From: Chiloscyllium plagiosum
Taxonomy: Eukaryota
DNA: 20,000 nt
Direction of reading: 5' to 3'
Assembly (NCBI RefSeq): GCF_004010195.1
Contig: NC_057758.1
Location: forward strand, 135,245-155,244
A program made the position numbers and the translations under genes. Below, piece by piece: positions 1 to 9,612 of the stretch (its first letter is position 1; the number at the start of each line of letters is the position of its first letter). The notes under the pieces are model-generated. The model did not search any database. It saw only the letters and a list, made by a program, of their open reading frames with translations, and was not told the DNA's origin.

Positions 1-102
1 AAGCACAGCAGGTCAGGCAGCATCCCAGAAGCAGGAAAATCGACATCTCAGGCAAAAGCCTGCTCCTGCTCCTCGGATGCTGCCTGACCTGCTGTGCTTT
101 TC
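1..102. repeat. Palindromic Penelope-associated hairpin element, copy 1 (truncated by window edge)
   Basis: Arms 1-25 and 75-99 are perfect reverse complements. The 49-bp spacer is nearly identical to that of copy 2 (offset 208). Confidence 0.75.
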
Positions 103-159
103 AAGACCATTGCCATCTCCAAGTGCATGATCAGAACTGGGTGTGACTGCAAGGACTGC

Positions 160-356
160 AGGACTGCAGATGCTGGAAACAAGAGTCTAGATTAGAGTGG
201 TGCTGGAAAAGCGCAGCAGGTCAGGCAGCATCCCAGAAGCAAGAAAATCGACATCTCAGGCAAAAGCCTGCTCCTGCTCCTCGGATGCTGCCTGACCTGC
301 TGCGCTTTTCCAGCACCACTCTAATCTAGACTCTTGTTTCCAGCATCTGCAGTCCT
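160..356. repeat. Palindromic Penelope-associated hairpin element, copy 2
   Basis: Perfect 74-bp arms at 160-233 and 283-356 with a 49-bp spacer. Motifs ctgcagatgctgga...caggtcaggcagcatcc are typical of shark Penelope/hammerhead-type repeats. Confidence 0.8.
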
Positions 357-468
357 TGTTTTTACCACGACAATGATCCTGGCAAAAATTTGTAGAGAAT
401 CAGAAAGCTGTAGAAATGGGTTAGTTGCATAGAACAATCAGCTCTGATTTTGAAAAGAAAACACGTAC

Positions 469-655
469 CAGGGACACCAGCAACATCGAGAATTAGAAAC
501 AAATTAATTTGGACAAGTTGATGTAGAAATTGAACGGTAATACACGTTGGTAACCAATAGCTAGCAAGATGGTTAAACAAGAATGGATTGTGACATTCTG
601 ATAAATTGGCCTTACATTCCATTTGCTCCTCTCCCTCTGCACCTGATTGTGTCAT
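469..655 (-). other. GPR139-like exon 1 of a neighbouring paralog (exon 2 expected left of the window); functional status unknown
   Basis: Open for 62 codons plus 1 nt from ATG 655 to ...ILDVAGVP G|GTACGT. The phase-1 donor at 468 matches the phase-1 acceptor of the exon 2 at 17008. Homologous to 17243-17783. Confidence 0.7.
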
Positions 656-891
656 TGGTTTTTAATGTTTTCAATATACTAAATTCAAGTTTGATTGGAG
701 TTTGGTGTTTTGGGTATAATTTAAACTGATTGGCCTAATTCAAGTTTGTTTTTGTCTCCAAGCAACCAGCTACTCTAGCTGCTGGACCAAACGGTTACAT
801 TGCATCTTGTTCAGAACACTTGGTGCTGTCAGGTAGTACTGCCAGCTTTTAACGTTCCTAAAGGTACAGTAGACTTCTACACCTTCACAAC
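640..891 (-). mobile_element. Probable LTR 5' fragment
   Basis: Absent from the paralogous position (17783-17825). On the minus strand it begins TGTTGTGAAGGTGTAG...ACTGTACCTTTAG and contains several CCAAT boxes and an AT-rich TATA-like stretch. Confidence 0.45.
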
Positions 892-981
892 AATACTCAG
901 AGATAACACTTTGAGGGAAGCTTTTGATAACACAAGCAGGGTCGGAGGTGACCTAAGGGAATTGATCATCACGAAGAGTCA

Positions 982-1400
982 ATGAGACATAGAGATCTAC
1001 AGCACAGAAACAGAGCCTTCAGACATCCTAATCTAATTCAATCCTATTTGCCACCATTTGGCCCATCTCCCTCTGATTCCTTGTCGCTCAGATCCCTTTT
1101 AAATTCCCACTCCCCCCCACCTTACTCTCATCCTATGCCTTCTAGTTCTGTACTCCATGGCCTAAGTGGCCTAACCAATGACCTTCACAGTCACAAAATG
1201 ACCTGCCAACTCCTGTACGCAATAAAGGAAAGCATAGGTCCTATGTACCTGCGACTTTACCTTGCAGGATCTATGAACCTGCAGTTCAAGATCTCTTTGT
1301 TCAGTAATTCAGTGTTTAAGTCCTGCCCTGATATGCCTTTCCAAAACTCAGCACCTCAGATTGATCTAAATTAATCTCTTTCTGACACTTCTCGGCCCAC
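982..1400 (-). mobile_element. Degraded, internally deleted CR1 LINE 3' fragment
   Basis: catagagatctacagcacagaaac tail and ccaccatttggcccat CR1 3' motifs. Counterpart of 17910-18722. Confidence 0.7.
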
Positions 1401-1619
1401 GACATCATCACAGCTCTAGTTCAATCCTCTCTCCCTCTCCAACACATCTCCTACCTCAATATAGTCGAAAACAGAGCCGGTTTAGAGTGGTTTAGGGAGT
1501 TACCGATCGAAAGGGTAGAGTGAGTTGTCTAAGGACCCCAGGCAACTATCCTGGTCTCTGAGTGAGGTCAGAGTATATTGTATATTCAATATTTAGTATA
1601 TTGAAAACATTAAAAACCA

Positions 1620-1806
1620 ATGACACAATCAGATGCAGAGGGAGAGGAGCAAATGGAATGTAAGGCCAATTTATCAGAATGTCACAATCCATTCTTGTTT
1701 AACCATCTTGCTAGCTATTGGTTCCCAATGTGTATTACTGTTCAATTTCAATGTCAACTTGTCCAAATTAATTTGTATCTAATTCTCGATGTTGCTGGTG
1801 TCCCTG
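1620..1806 (+). pseudogene. Inverted duplicate of GPR139-like exon 1 (orphan exon)
   Basis: Near-identical to the reverse complement of 655-469, with donor GT retained at 1807. No plus-strand exon 2 is recognisable downstream in the window. Confidence 0.75.
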
Positions 1807-1964
1807 GTACGTGTTTTTTTTTCGAAATCAGAGCTGATTGTTCTATGCAACTAACCCATTTCTACAGCTTTCTGATTCTCTACAAATTTTTGCCAGGACC
1901 ATTTGCAAGCAAACGTTTAAGAAAAGAGGGTGGGCTGAGGGGAGAGCATGTTCTGGTGATATTA

Positions 1965-2287
1965 TCACCGAATCCCTACAGTGTGGAAACAGATCAATTG
2001 ACCCAACAGATCCACACTGATACGTCCAAGAGTAAATTACCTGGACCTATTCCCCCCTTCATTTAACCCTGACGAATGATCCAAACATGATGAGCAATTT
2101 AGCATGGCCGTTTCACCTAAGCTGCACAAGTTTGGATTGTGGGAGGAAGCTGGAGCACTCGGAGGAAACCCGCGCAGTCACAGGCCGAACATGCAACCTC
2201 CACACAGCCGCCCAGAGGCTGGAATTGTACCCGGGACCCTGGCGCTGTGATGCAGCCGTGCTAACCACTGAGCCACCGTGCCACCCA
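1965..2287 (-). mobile_element. tRNA-derived SINE (HE1/V-SINE-like)
   Basis: The reverse complement begins gggtggcacggtggctcagtggttagcac (A box), has a degenerate B box (ggtacaattcc) and ends in a CR1-type tail tgtttccacactgtagggattc. Confidence 0.8.
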
Positions 2288-2467
2288 CAATTATCGTTAA
2301 ATTGTTCATTCAGAAACAGCGGCAATGCTCCCAGAACCTGTGTTCGCGCCTCTCGATGGCAGGTTATGGAGTTTTCATTCAATCAATAAATGACTCCAGT
2401 GATGCTGGGGAAACATTTCCCAATTGTCTCGAATGAAACTTGTCTGGTTCTGCCTACGCCTGGGAGG

Positions 2468-2591
2468 AAGTGAGGACTGAAGATGTTGGAGATCAGAGTC
2501 GAGCGTGTGGAGCTGGATAGGGGCAGCAGGTCAGGCAGCATCCGAGGAGCAGGAGAATCGCTGTATCGGGCATAAGCCCTACATCAAGAAA
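2468..2591. mobile_element. Half copy of the Penelope-type hairpin element with a decayed hammerhead core
   Basis: Same arm sequence as 160-233. The minus strand reads ttcTTGATGTagggcttatgcccGATAcagcg. Confidence 0.6.
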
Positions 2592-2626
2592 CCTTTTGGA
2601 CCACTGCTGTTGGCCACTTTTAAAAA

Positions 2627-3509
2627 TAACTCAGACCCAGGCATAGGTGGATGGGTTAGTACGTTTGCAGATGACACTAAAGTCAGTGGACAGTGTGGAA
2701 GGACATGGAAGGTTGCAGGGAGACTTGGATAAACTGCAGAATTGGGCTGAGAGGTGGAAAATGGAGTTCAATGCAGATAAATGTGAGGTGATTGACTGAG
2801 GGAGGAATAACAGGAAGGCAGAGTACTGGGTCAATGGAAAGAGTCTTGGTAGTGTGGATGTGTGTAGGGATATTGGAGTCCATGTACGTAGATCCCTGAA
2901 AGATGCCACCCAGGTGGATAGTGCTGTTAAGGAGGCATACGGTGTGTTAGGTTTTGTTGGAAGAGGGATTGAGTTCTGGAGCCATTATGTCATGCAGAAA
3001 CTGTTGCGCCAGCACTTGGAGTACTGTGTGTAATTCTCGTCGGCCCCTTACAGGAAGGACGTGGGAGCATTGGAAAAGGTGCAAAGGAGATTTACCAGGA
3101 TGTTGCCTGGTCTTATGAGGAAAGGCTGAGAGACTTGGGTCTGTTCTCATTGGAAAGAAGAAGGCTAAGGGGGGGATTTGTTTGAGACATACAAGATGAT
3201 CAGAGGATTAGATAGGGTAGGCAGTGCAAGTCTTCTTCCTAGGATGATGACGTCAGCGTGTACGGCGGGACATAGCTACAAATTAAGGGGTTTTCGATTT
3301 AAGACAGATGTCAAAGGCAGGTTCTTTTTTCAGAGAGTGGTAATGCCCTGCCTGCCAATGTGGTTAACTCAGTCACACGAGGGAGTTTTAAACATGGATG
3401 AGGATGGGATAATGTAGGGGGGACGGGCTTAGATTAGTTCTCAATTCGGTGCAACATCGGAAGCCGAAGGGCCTGTTCTGCGCTGTATTGCTCTATGTTC
3501 TATGTTCTA
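2627..3509 (+). mobile_element. CR1 LINE 3' fragment (RT C-terminus and 3' UTR)
   Basis: Translates VSTFADDTKV, WKMEFNADKCEV and ETYKMIRGLDRV. Ends with a ctatgttctatgttcta microsatellite tail. Confidence 0.9.
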
Positions 3510-3659
3510 AGCCTGGTACGACACCCCTCAGTGAGGATCCCCACCAGCTCCCATCTCGTTTTTGAGCAAAGATGGTTGTCACCTATTGGCAGGTTCTGAA
3601 TCAACCTGTCTATGGTTCCAAATTTGGAAACGGAGGGAACCCTTTCAGAAGAAGGGGTG

Positions 3660-3935
3660 GCCCACTGCAGACAGGGAGGAGGAAGAATTCCTTCTTTCCG
3701 AGAGGAAAGAATCTATGGAATTCTTGATTGCCAAGGGGTGCTGTGGCTGGGTCATTCAGTATATTTAAGGCCGAGAGAGAGAGATCATTTTATTTCTAAT
3801 CTGGCTGGAAAATCAGAGATAGTGTAGGACAGTAGAGTTGAGAACGATTGGATTAGGCATTAATTCATTGAACGGCCAAAGAGTTTCAATTGGTCAAATG
3901 GTATCCTCCTGCTGGACCGTCTAACCGATTTATGA
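3660..3935 (+). mobile_element. Old degraded CR1 3' end
   Basis: Motifs ggaattcttgattgcc, tatatttaaggc and attgaacggc...aaatggtatcctcctgct. Confidence 0.5.
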
Positions 3936-4125
3936 TTGAAAACACTGCCCGGGGGTTGGCAGGTAGAGCTGGGGCGTGTGCAGATCCTGCTTAGCCAAGA
4001 CAAAAGCAGTGTTGCTGGGCTCCCTTAAGTTCGGTCCATCGCTCAAGTTAGACGGCAAACATGGCAACAGCGCAGAGCGGTCAGACACTGGGAAAGGTCT
4101 GTAATGCACCAGCGCAGTTACTCAC

Positions 4126-4205
4126 TGGGTACAGCAACAGCAGCAAGGAGCGGGTAGTAGATCGGCTCGATCCTGAGGAGGGCACGATACACCTCCACTT
4201 CAACA
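4126..4205 (-). pseudogene. Third GPR139-like exon 1, 3' part (VYRALLRIEPIYYPLLAAVAVP|GTGAGT)
   Basis: The minus strand translates to the family TM1 start IYYPLLAAVAVP followed by a phase-1 donor CA|GTGAGT at 4125. It is cut off at ~4206 by the CR1 insertion and is not in the ORF track. Confidence 0.75.
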
Positions 4206-4206
4206 A

Positions 4207-6277
4207 ACATCCAGAGAAAGTATATACCTGTCAGGGTGAAAGGGAAGGCTGGTAGGTATAGGGAACGCTGGATGACTGAAGAAATTGAGGGTTCGGTTAA
4301 GAAAAAGAAGGAAGTATATGTCAGGTATAGACAGGATAGATCGAGTGAATCCTTAGAAGAGTATAAAGAAAGTAGGAGTATACTTAAGAGGGAAAACTGG
4401 AGGGTAAAAAGGGGACATGAGACAGCTTTGGCAAATAGAATTGAGGAGAATCCAAAGGGTTTTTACAAATATATTAAGGACAAAAGGGTAACTAGGGAAA
4501 GAATAGGGCCCCTCAAAGATCAGCAAGGTGGCCTTTGTGTGTAGCCACAGAAAATGGAGGAGATACTCACTGAATATTTTGCATCAGAATTTACTGTGGA
4601 AAAGAATATGGAATATATAGACCGTAGGGAAATAGATGGTGACATCTTGCAAAATGTCCAGATTACAGAGGAGGAAGTGCTGGATGTCTTGAAATGGCTA
4701 AAGGTGGATAAATCTCCAGGACCTGATCAGGTGTACCCGAGAACTCTGTGGGAAGCTAGAGAAGTGATTGCTGGGCCTCTTGCTGAGATATTTGTATCAT
4801 CGATAGTCACAGGTGAGGTGCCGGAAGACTGGAGGGTTGCAAACGTGGTGTCACTGTTTAAGAAGGGTGGTAAAGACAAACCAGGGAACTATAGACCGGT
4901 GAGCCTGACCTCGGTGGTGGGCAAATTGTTGGAGGGAATCCTGATGGACAGGATGGACATGTATTTGGAAAGGCAAGGACTTATTAGGGATAGTCAACAT
5001 GGCTTTGTGCGTGGGGAATCATGTCTCACAAACTTGATTGAGTTTTTTGAAGAAGTATCAAAGAAGATTGATGAGGGCAGAGCAGTAGATGTGATCCATA
5101 TGGACTTCAGTAAGGCGTTCGACAAGGTTCCCCATGGGAGACTGATTAGCAAGGTTAGATCTCATGGAATATAGGGAGAAGTAGTCATTTGGATACAGAA
5201 CTGGCTCAAAGGTAGAAGACAGAGGGTGGTGGTGGAGGGTTGTTTTTCAGACTGGAGGCCTGAGACCAGTGGAGTGCCACAAGGATCGGTGCTGGGCCCT
5301 CTACTTTTTGTCATTTACATAAATGATTTGGATGCGAGCATAAGAGGTAGAGTTAGTAAGCTTGCAGATGGCACCAAAATTGGAGGTGTAGTGGACACCG
5401 AAGAGGGTTACCTCAGATTACAACAGGATCAGGACCAGATGGGCCAATGGGCTGAGAAGTGGCAGATGGAGTTTAATTCAGATAAATGCGAGGTGCTGCA
5501 TTTTGGGAAAGCAAATCTTAGAAGGACTTATACACTTAATGGTAAAGTCCTGGGGAGTGTTGCTCAACAAAGAGACCTTGGAGTGCAGGTTCATAGCTCC
5601 TTGAAAGAGGAGTCACAGATAGATAGGATAGTGAAGGCAGCGTTTGGTATGCTTTCCTTTCTTTGATAGAGTACCGAGTACAGGAGTTGGGAGGTCATGT
5701 TGCGGCTGTACAGGACATTGGTTAGGCCACTGTTGGGATATTGTGTGCAATTCAGGTCTCCTTCCTATTGGAAAGATGTTGTGAAACTTGAAAGGATTCA
5801 GAAAAGATTTACAAGGATGTTGCCAGGGTTGGAGGGTTTAAACTATAGGGAGAGGCTGAACAGGCTGGGGCTGTTTTCTCTGGAGCGTCGAAGGCTGAGG
5901 GGTGACCTTATAGAGGATTACAGAATTATGACGGGCATGGATATGATAAATATACACAGTCTTTTACCTGGGATCAGCGAGTCCAGAACTAGAGGGACAT
6001 AGGTTGAGGGTGAGAGGGGCAAGATATAAAAGAGACCTAAGGGGCAACTTTTTCACGCAGAGGGTGGTACGTGTATGGAATGAGCTGCCAGAGGATGTGG
6101 TGGAGGCTGGTACAATTGCAACATTTAAGAGGCATTTGGATGGGTATATGAATAGGAAGGGTTTGGAGGGATATGGGCCGGGTGCTGGCAGGTGGGACGA
6201 GATTGGGTTGGGATATCTGGTCGGCATGGACAGGTTGGTCGGAAGTGTCTGCTTCCATGCTGTACATCTCTATAACT
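4207..6277 (+). mobile_element. 5'-truncated CR1 LINE ORF2 (reverse transcriptase), inactive
   Basis: Translates KSPGPD, GNYRPVSLTSVVGK, QHGF, DFSKAFDKVPH and GVPQGSVLGPLLF. The catalytic FADD reads LADG. In-frame stops at 4542, 5172 and 5664, and a frameshift near 6000. Tail ctgtacatctctata. Confidence 0.95.
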
Positions 6278-6345
6278 TATTCCCCAATTTCACGCTGCAT
6301 CGTAAGAGTCAGTGTTCTCAGATTCCAATTTCTCCTCTCTGTACC
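6278..6345 (-). pseudogene. Probable 5' part of the same exon 1, displaced by the CR1
   Basis: The reverse complement of 6339-6313 (gagaggagaaattggaatctgagaaca; RRNWNLRT) matches gagaggagcaaatggaatgtaaggcca (RSKWNVRP) of the 655-469 exon at 21/27 nt. Confidence 0.5.
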
Positions 6346-6485
6346 TCTCGCTCTGTCTTTCGGTCTTTCTGTCTGACTTTCCCCTCACCTCTCTTTCTGT
6401 ACCTTCACCTCTCTCACTCTGTCTCTCTCCTTCTGTCTCACGTTTTTTCTGTCTATCTCCCTGTCCCTGTGTGTCTGTCTCTGTT
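6330..6485. repeat. CT-rich low-complexity tract
   Basis: Degenerate (CT)n/(CTGT)n. Confidence 0.7.
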
Positions 6486-6689
6486 ACCGTACATGACGTT
6501 GGGACTGACAGACTGCGCTGTGTGAAGCTCATATCTGAACACCTGAGGACGTGTTTCACATTTCTCCGTGGATATGTTGGTGAGTCGTCACTGTCACTTA
6601 CGAATGGCACACATCAGCATTTCGTAGCAGCCTCCTGTGCAGCACCATGTCAAAGACCTTCTGGAAATCCGAATAGATCACGTCAACTG

Positions 6690-7100
6690 GCTCACCGTTG
6701 TCTAACTCTCAACAATCGCAACACAGTCCAGGACAAAGCAGCCCCCTCCATCGACATGCTCACACGTCCCTTCATCACTCACTCCAAAACCATCACCGTT
6801 GAGCAGTGTTTACCATCTATGCAGAAATTCACTGAGGGTCTTGAGACAGCACCTTCTAAACTGATGGGGTGTCAACCTTTAAATGCAAGGACAGCAGATA
6901 CATGGGAACACCAGCCTCTGCAAATTACCTTCCAATTCACTTGCTATCATGACTTGGAAATAGCTCGGTTATGAGTTCAGTGTCACTTGGTCAAAATCAT
7001 GGAGCTCCCTTCCTCACGGCACTGAGTGGCTCACCCCTCCATTCATAGGGCACTGCAGTGGTTGGAGAATGCAGGTCACTACCACTGTCCTTGGAGGGTT
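6690..7100 (+). mobile_element. L2/CR1-group LINE 3' fragment, degraded
   Basis: Translates TVQDKAA. Motifs gcagatacatgggaacacc, atgacttggaaata and gtcaaaatcatgga. Confidence 0.65.
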
Positions 7101-7118
7101 AATGCTTCGGCCGCTCTG

Positions 7119-8070
7119 CATCGTCAGAGTATCTGCACTGATTGGCTCAGCACTGTCGGAGGGTCAATGCTGAGGGAGCTCTGTACTGTTAGAGGGCCAG
7201 TGCTGAGGGAGCTCTGCACTGTCGGAGGGTCAGTGCTGAGGGAGCCCCGCACTGTGGGAGGGTCAGCGCTGAGGGAGCTCTGTACTGTTAGAGGGTCAGT
7301 GCTGAGGGAGCCCCACACTGTGGGAGGGTCAGCGCTGAGGGAGCTCGGTACTGTTTGAGAGTCAGCGCTGAGGGAGCCCCGCACTGTCAGAGGGTCAGCG
7401 CTGAGCAAGCTCTGCACTGTCGGAGGGTCAATGCTGAGGGAGCTCTGTACTGTTAGAGGGTCAGTGCTGAGGGAGCTCTGTACTGTCAGAGGGTCAGTGC
7501 TGAGGGAGCCCCACACTGTGGGAGGGTCAGCGCTGAGGGAGCTCTGTACTGTTTGAGAGTCAGCGCTGAGGGAGCCCCGCACTGTCGGAGGGTCAGCGCT
7601 GAGCGAGCTCTGCACTGTCAGAGGGTCAATGCTGAGGGAGCTCTGTACTGTTAGAGGGTCAGTGCTGAGGGAGCTCTGCACTGTCGGAGGGTCAGTGCTG
7701 AGGGAGCTCTGTACTGTTTGAGAGTCAGCGCTGAGGGAGCCCCGCACTGTCGGAGGGTCAATGCTGAGGGAGCTCTGTACTGTTTGAGAGTCAGCGCTGA
7801 GGGAACCCCGCACTGTCGGAGGGTCAATGCTGAGGGAGCTCTGTACTGTTAGAGGGTCAGTGCTGACGGAGCTCTGCACTGTCGGAGGGTCAGTGCTGAG
7901 GGAGATCTGTCCTGTTTGAGAGTCAGCCCTGAGGGAGCTCTGCACTGTCAAACGAGGATTTTTGAGAACGCTCTGCAGTATGGGAGGTTTAGGGATGAGG
8001 GGTATCCGGACTAGCGCCGAGCTGATAGTGAGGGAGCGCCAAAGTTTTGGAGGATCAGTTCTGAGGAAGG
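7119..8070 (+). repeat. 33-bp minisatellite (actgtcggagggtcagtgctgagggagctctgc), ~24 good copies plus degenerate flanks
   Basis: Exact 33-bp periodicity from 7152 to 7950, seen as an 11-aa repeat (STDPPTVQSSL) in the ORF track. Confidence 0.95.
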
Positions 8071-8290
8071 GAGAGAGGGATGGAGAGAATGGAGGGGAGC
8101 GATAGAGAGACAGATAGAGAAGGAGCGAGAGTAGCGCAGAGAAAGAGGGAGAGGGAGACAGAGAGACAGAAAGGGAGAAAAAGAGAGATTGCAGAAAAAA
8201 ATAGACAGAGAACGGAGGGAGGGTCAGAGAGAGAGAGAGACAGAGGGATAGACAAACAGACACACAAATTGAGAGTGGGAGAGACAGTCA
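8070..8290. repeat. GA-rich low-complexity tract
   Basis: Degenerate (GA)n/(GACA)n. Confidence 0.8.
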
Positions 8291-9314
8291 GTGACCGAAA
8301 CAGAAATGGGTGCACTGTCCCTTTATATTTTCTTATGAGTTTGCCCTGGAAATCCCACTTGAGAGTATCTGTGGTCTCCCTGCACCAAATGGATTGTCAC
8401 GAAACAGACAGTCAGCTCACCATCACATTCTCGAGGAATGGCCTGACCAGAAACAGACGCATCCCATCAAGGATTAAATCACGCGTTTCCAGCTTACAAT
8501 CACAAAGCTTCCCGGGAAAATTGCAGGTAAAGGAACTTTAACGTGAAAGTTCAGACCGACGGGATCGGTCGTGATTACTTGTCGCAGTTGTCTGTTGTCA
8601 GCAATGAGGAAAACATCTCCCTGAAGCAGTGGCGAGGTCACCTTTCACATCTACATAAGACCACTCCGCCCCCTTCTCCAATGTCAACATTTCTCTATTG
8701 ATTTGTCCGACCTCCTTTCTGTGTTTTTTTTTGCTCATTTCCCCAGCTGCAGATGCCAACATCATTCCCGTGCAAGGAACTCCGAAGCTTTCGTCAGGAG
8801 AGTCTCCTGAAACCTGAAGAGGATGCAGTCAGGAAATAGCCCTTTTCATCGGTGCCACCTCTTGGCCTCCATGGGCCCTATCATCTTCTAAAGAAGGTTT
8901 CAGGGTTCTCACTCTGCGATGGTCTTTTTTGGGAAGACATTTCACCATCCAATGTTCATTCGGATTGCTAGATTCACACACACACACAATCAGCTTTGGT
9001 CCGTTCAATTCCATTGTGAGGTAAAATCCTGTTCGATTGACCCCTGTCCCTCCCGGATGCCTGGCTTGAAGTTGCCCCTCCATCTCCTGCCCAGCTCAAA
9101 TCAATTCACGCCCCTACAAACCATTTGCATAGCCATGGATATTCTCTCTCTCTCTCTCTCTCTGTCTCTTGGGCCTCTCATTCCCTCCCCTTGTGTCAGT
9201 GCTCGATGGAACAAGTGTTTTTTTTCCAGGCGTTACCTTTACAGTCGTCCCTATCAGGTAAAATGATGAGAGGAATCGCTGGGCGAGACGGGAATCATCA
9301 TTTTCCTTCCTCGG

Positions 9315-9612
9315 TTTGATTTGATTTGTTATGGTCACGTGTACCGAGACACAGTGAAAAGTATTGCTCTGCGTGTTCTCCAGGAATTGAATTGAATTGA
9401 ACTTCTTGTCAGGTGTCCTGAGGCACAGTGTAAAGCTTTGTCTTGTGAGTAATACAGTCGGATCACATTGCTAAGTAGCATAAATAAGAAAGTAATAGGG
9501 AAACAGCGGCAAAAACAAAAAAAAAAATACACAGGTACAGGCGAATATTAAGATTTAGTGAATCCATTCAGTATTCTAACAACAGTAGAGTAGAAACTGT
9601 TAGGAAACCGTA
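9315..9612 (-). mobile_element. Two adjacent or nested Rex1/Babar LINE 3' ends
   Basis: (tttga)n and (aattg)n tails, each followed by gtca(c)gtgt.c.gag.cacagtg.aaag, then ccattcagtattctaacaacagtag.gtagaaactg. Confidence 0.65.

Larger units (their letters stand above)
372..1903. repeat. Long inverted repeat: arms 372-684 and 1591-1903 (313 bp), 906-bp spacer
   Basis: Manual alignment shows no indels and about 11 mismatches (~96.5% identity). Confidence 0.95.
372..2432 (+). repeat. Segmental duplication block, copy 1 (paralogous to ~17155-19513)
   Basis: Colinear shared exon 1/intron sequence, unique flank (acactttgag..gaagct...cagggtcgg), minus-strand CR1, unique flank (aaaacagagcc...ctgagtgaggt), minus-strand SINE and attgttcattcag...ttcaatcaataaa. 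Confidence 0.85.

Noticed and set aside
1620..2066. 148-aa stand-alone protein
   Set aside because: It is read-through of the duplicated exon 1 into intron, flank and SINE tail.
4236..6002. Functional reverse transcriptase or a novel RT system
   Set aside because: It is an ordinary 5'-truncated CR1 ORF2 with several stops and a mutated catalytic motif (LADG).
7152..7950. CRISPR-like periodic array
   Set aside because: The units are contiguous with no unique spacers, there are no cas genes, and the context is vertebrate.
7124..8263. 379-aa mucin-like ORF
   Set aside because: It consists entirely of the 33-bp minisatellite plus a CT-rich tract, and is open only because the unit is a multiple of 3.
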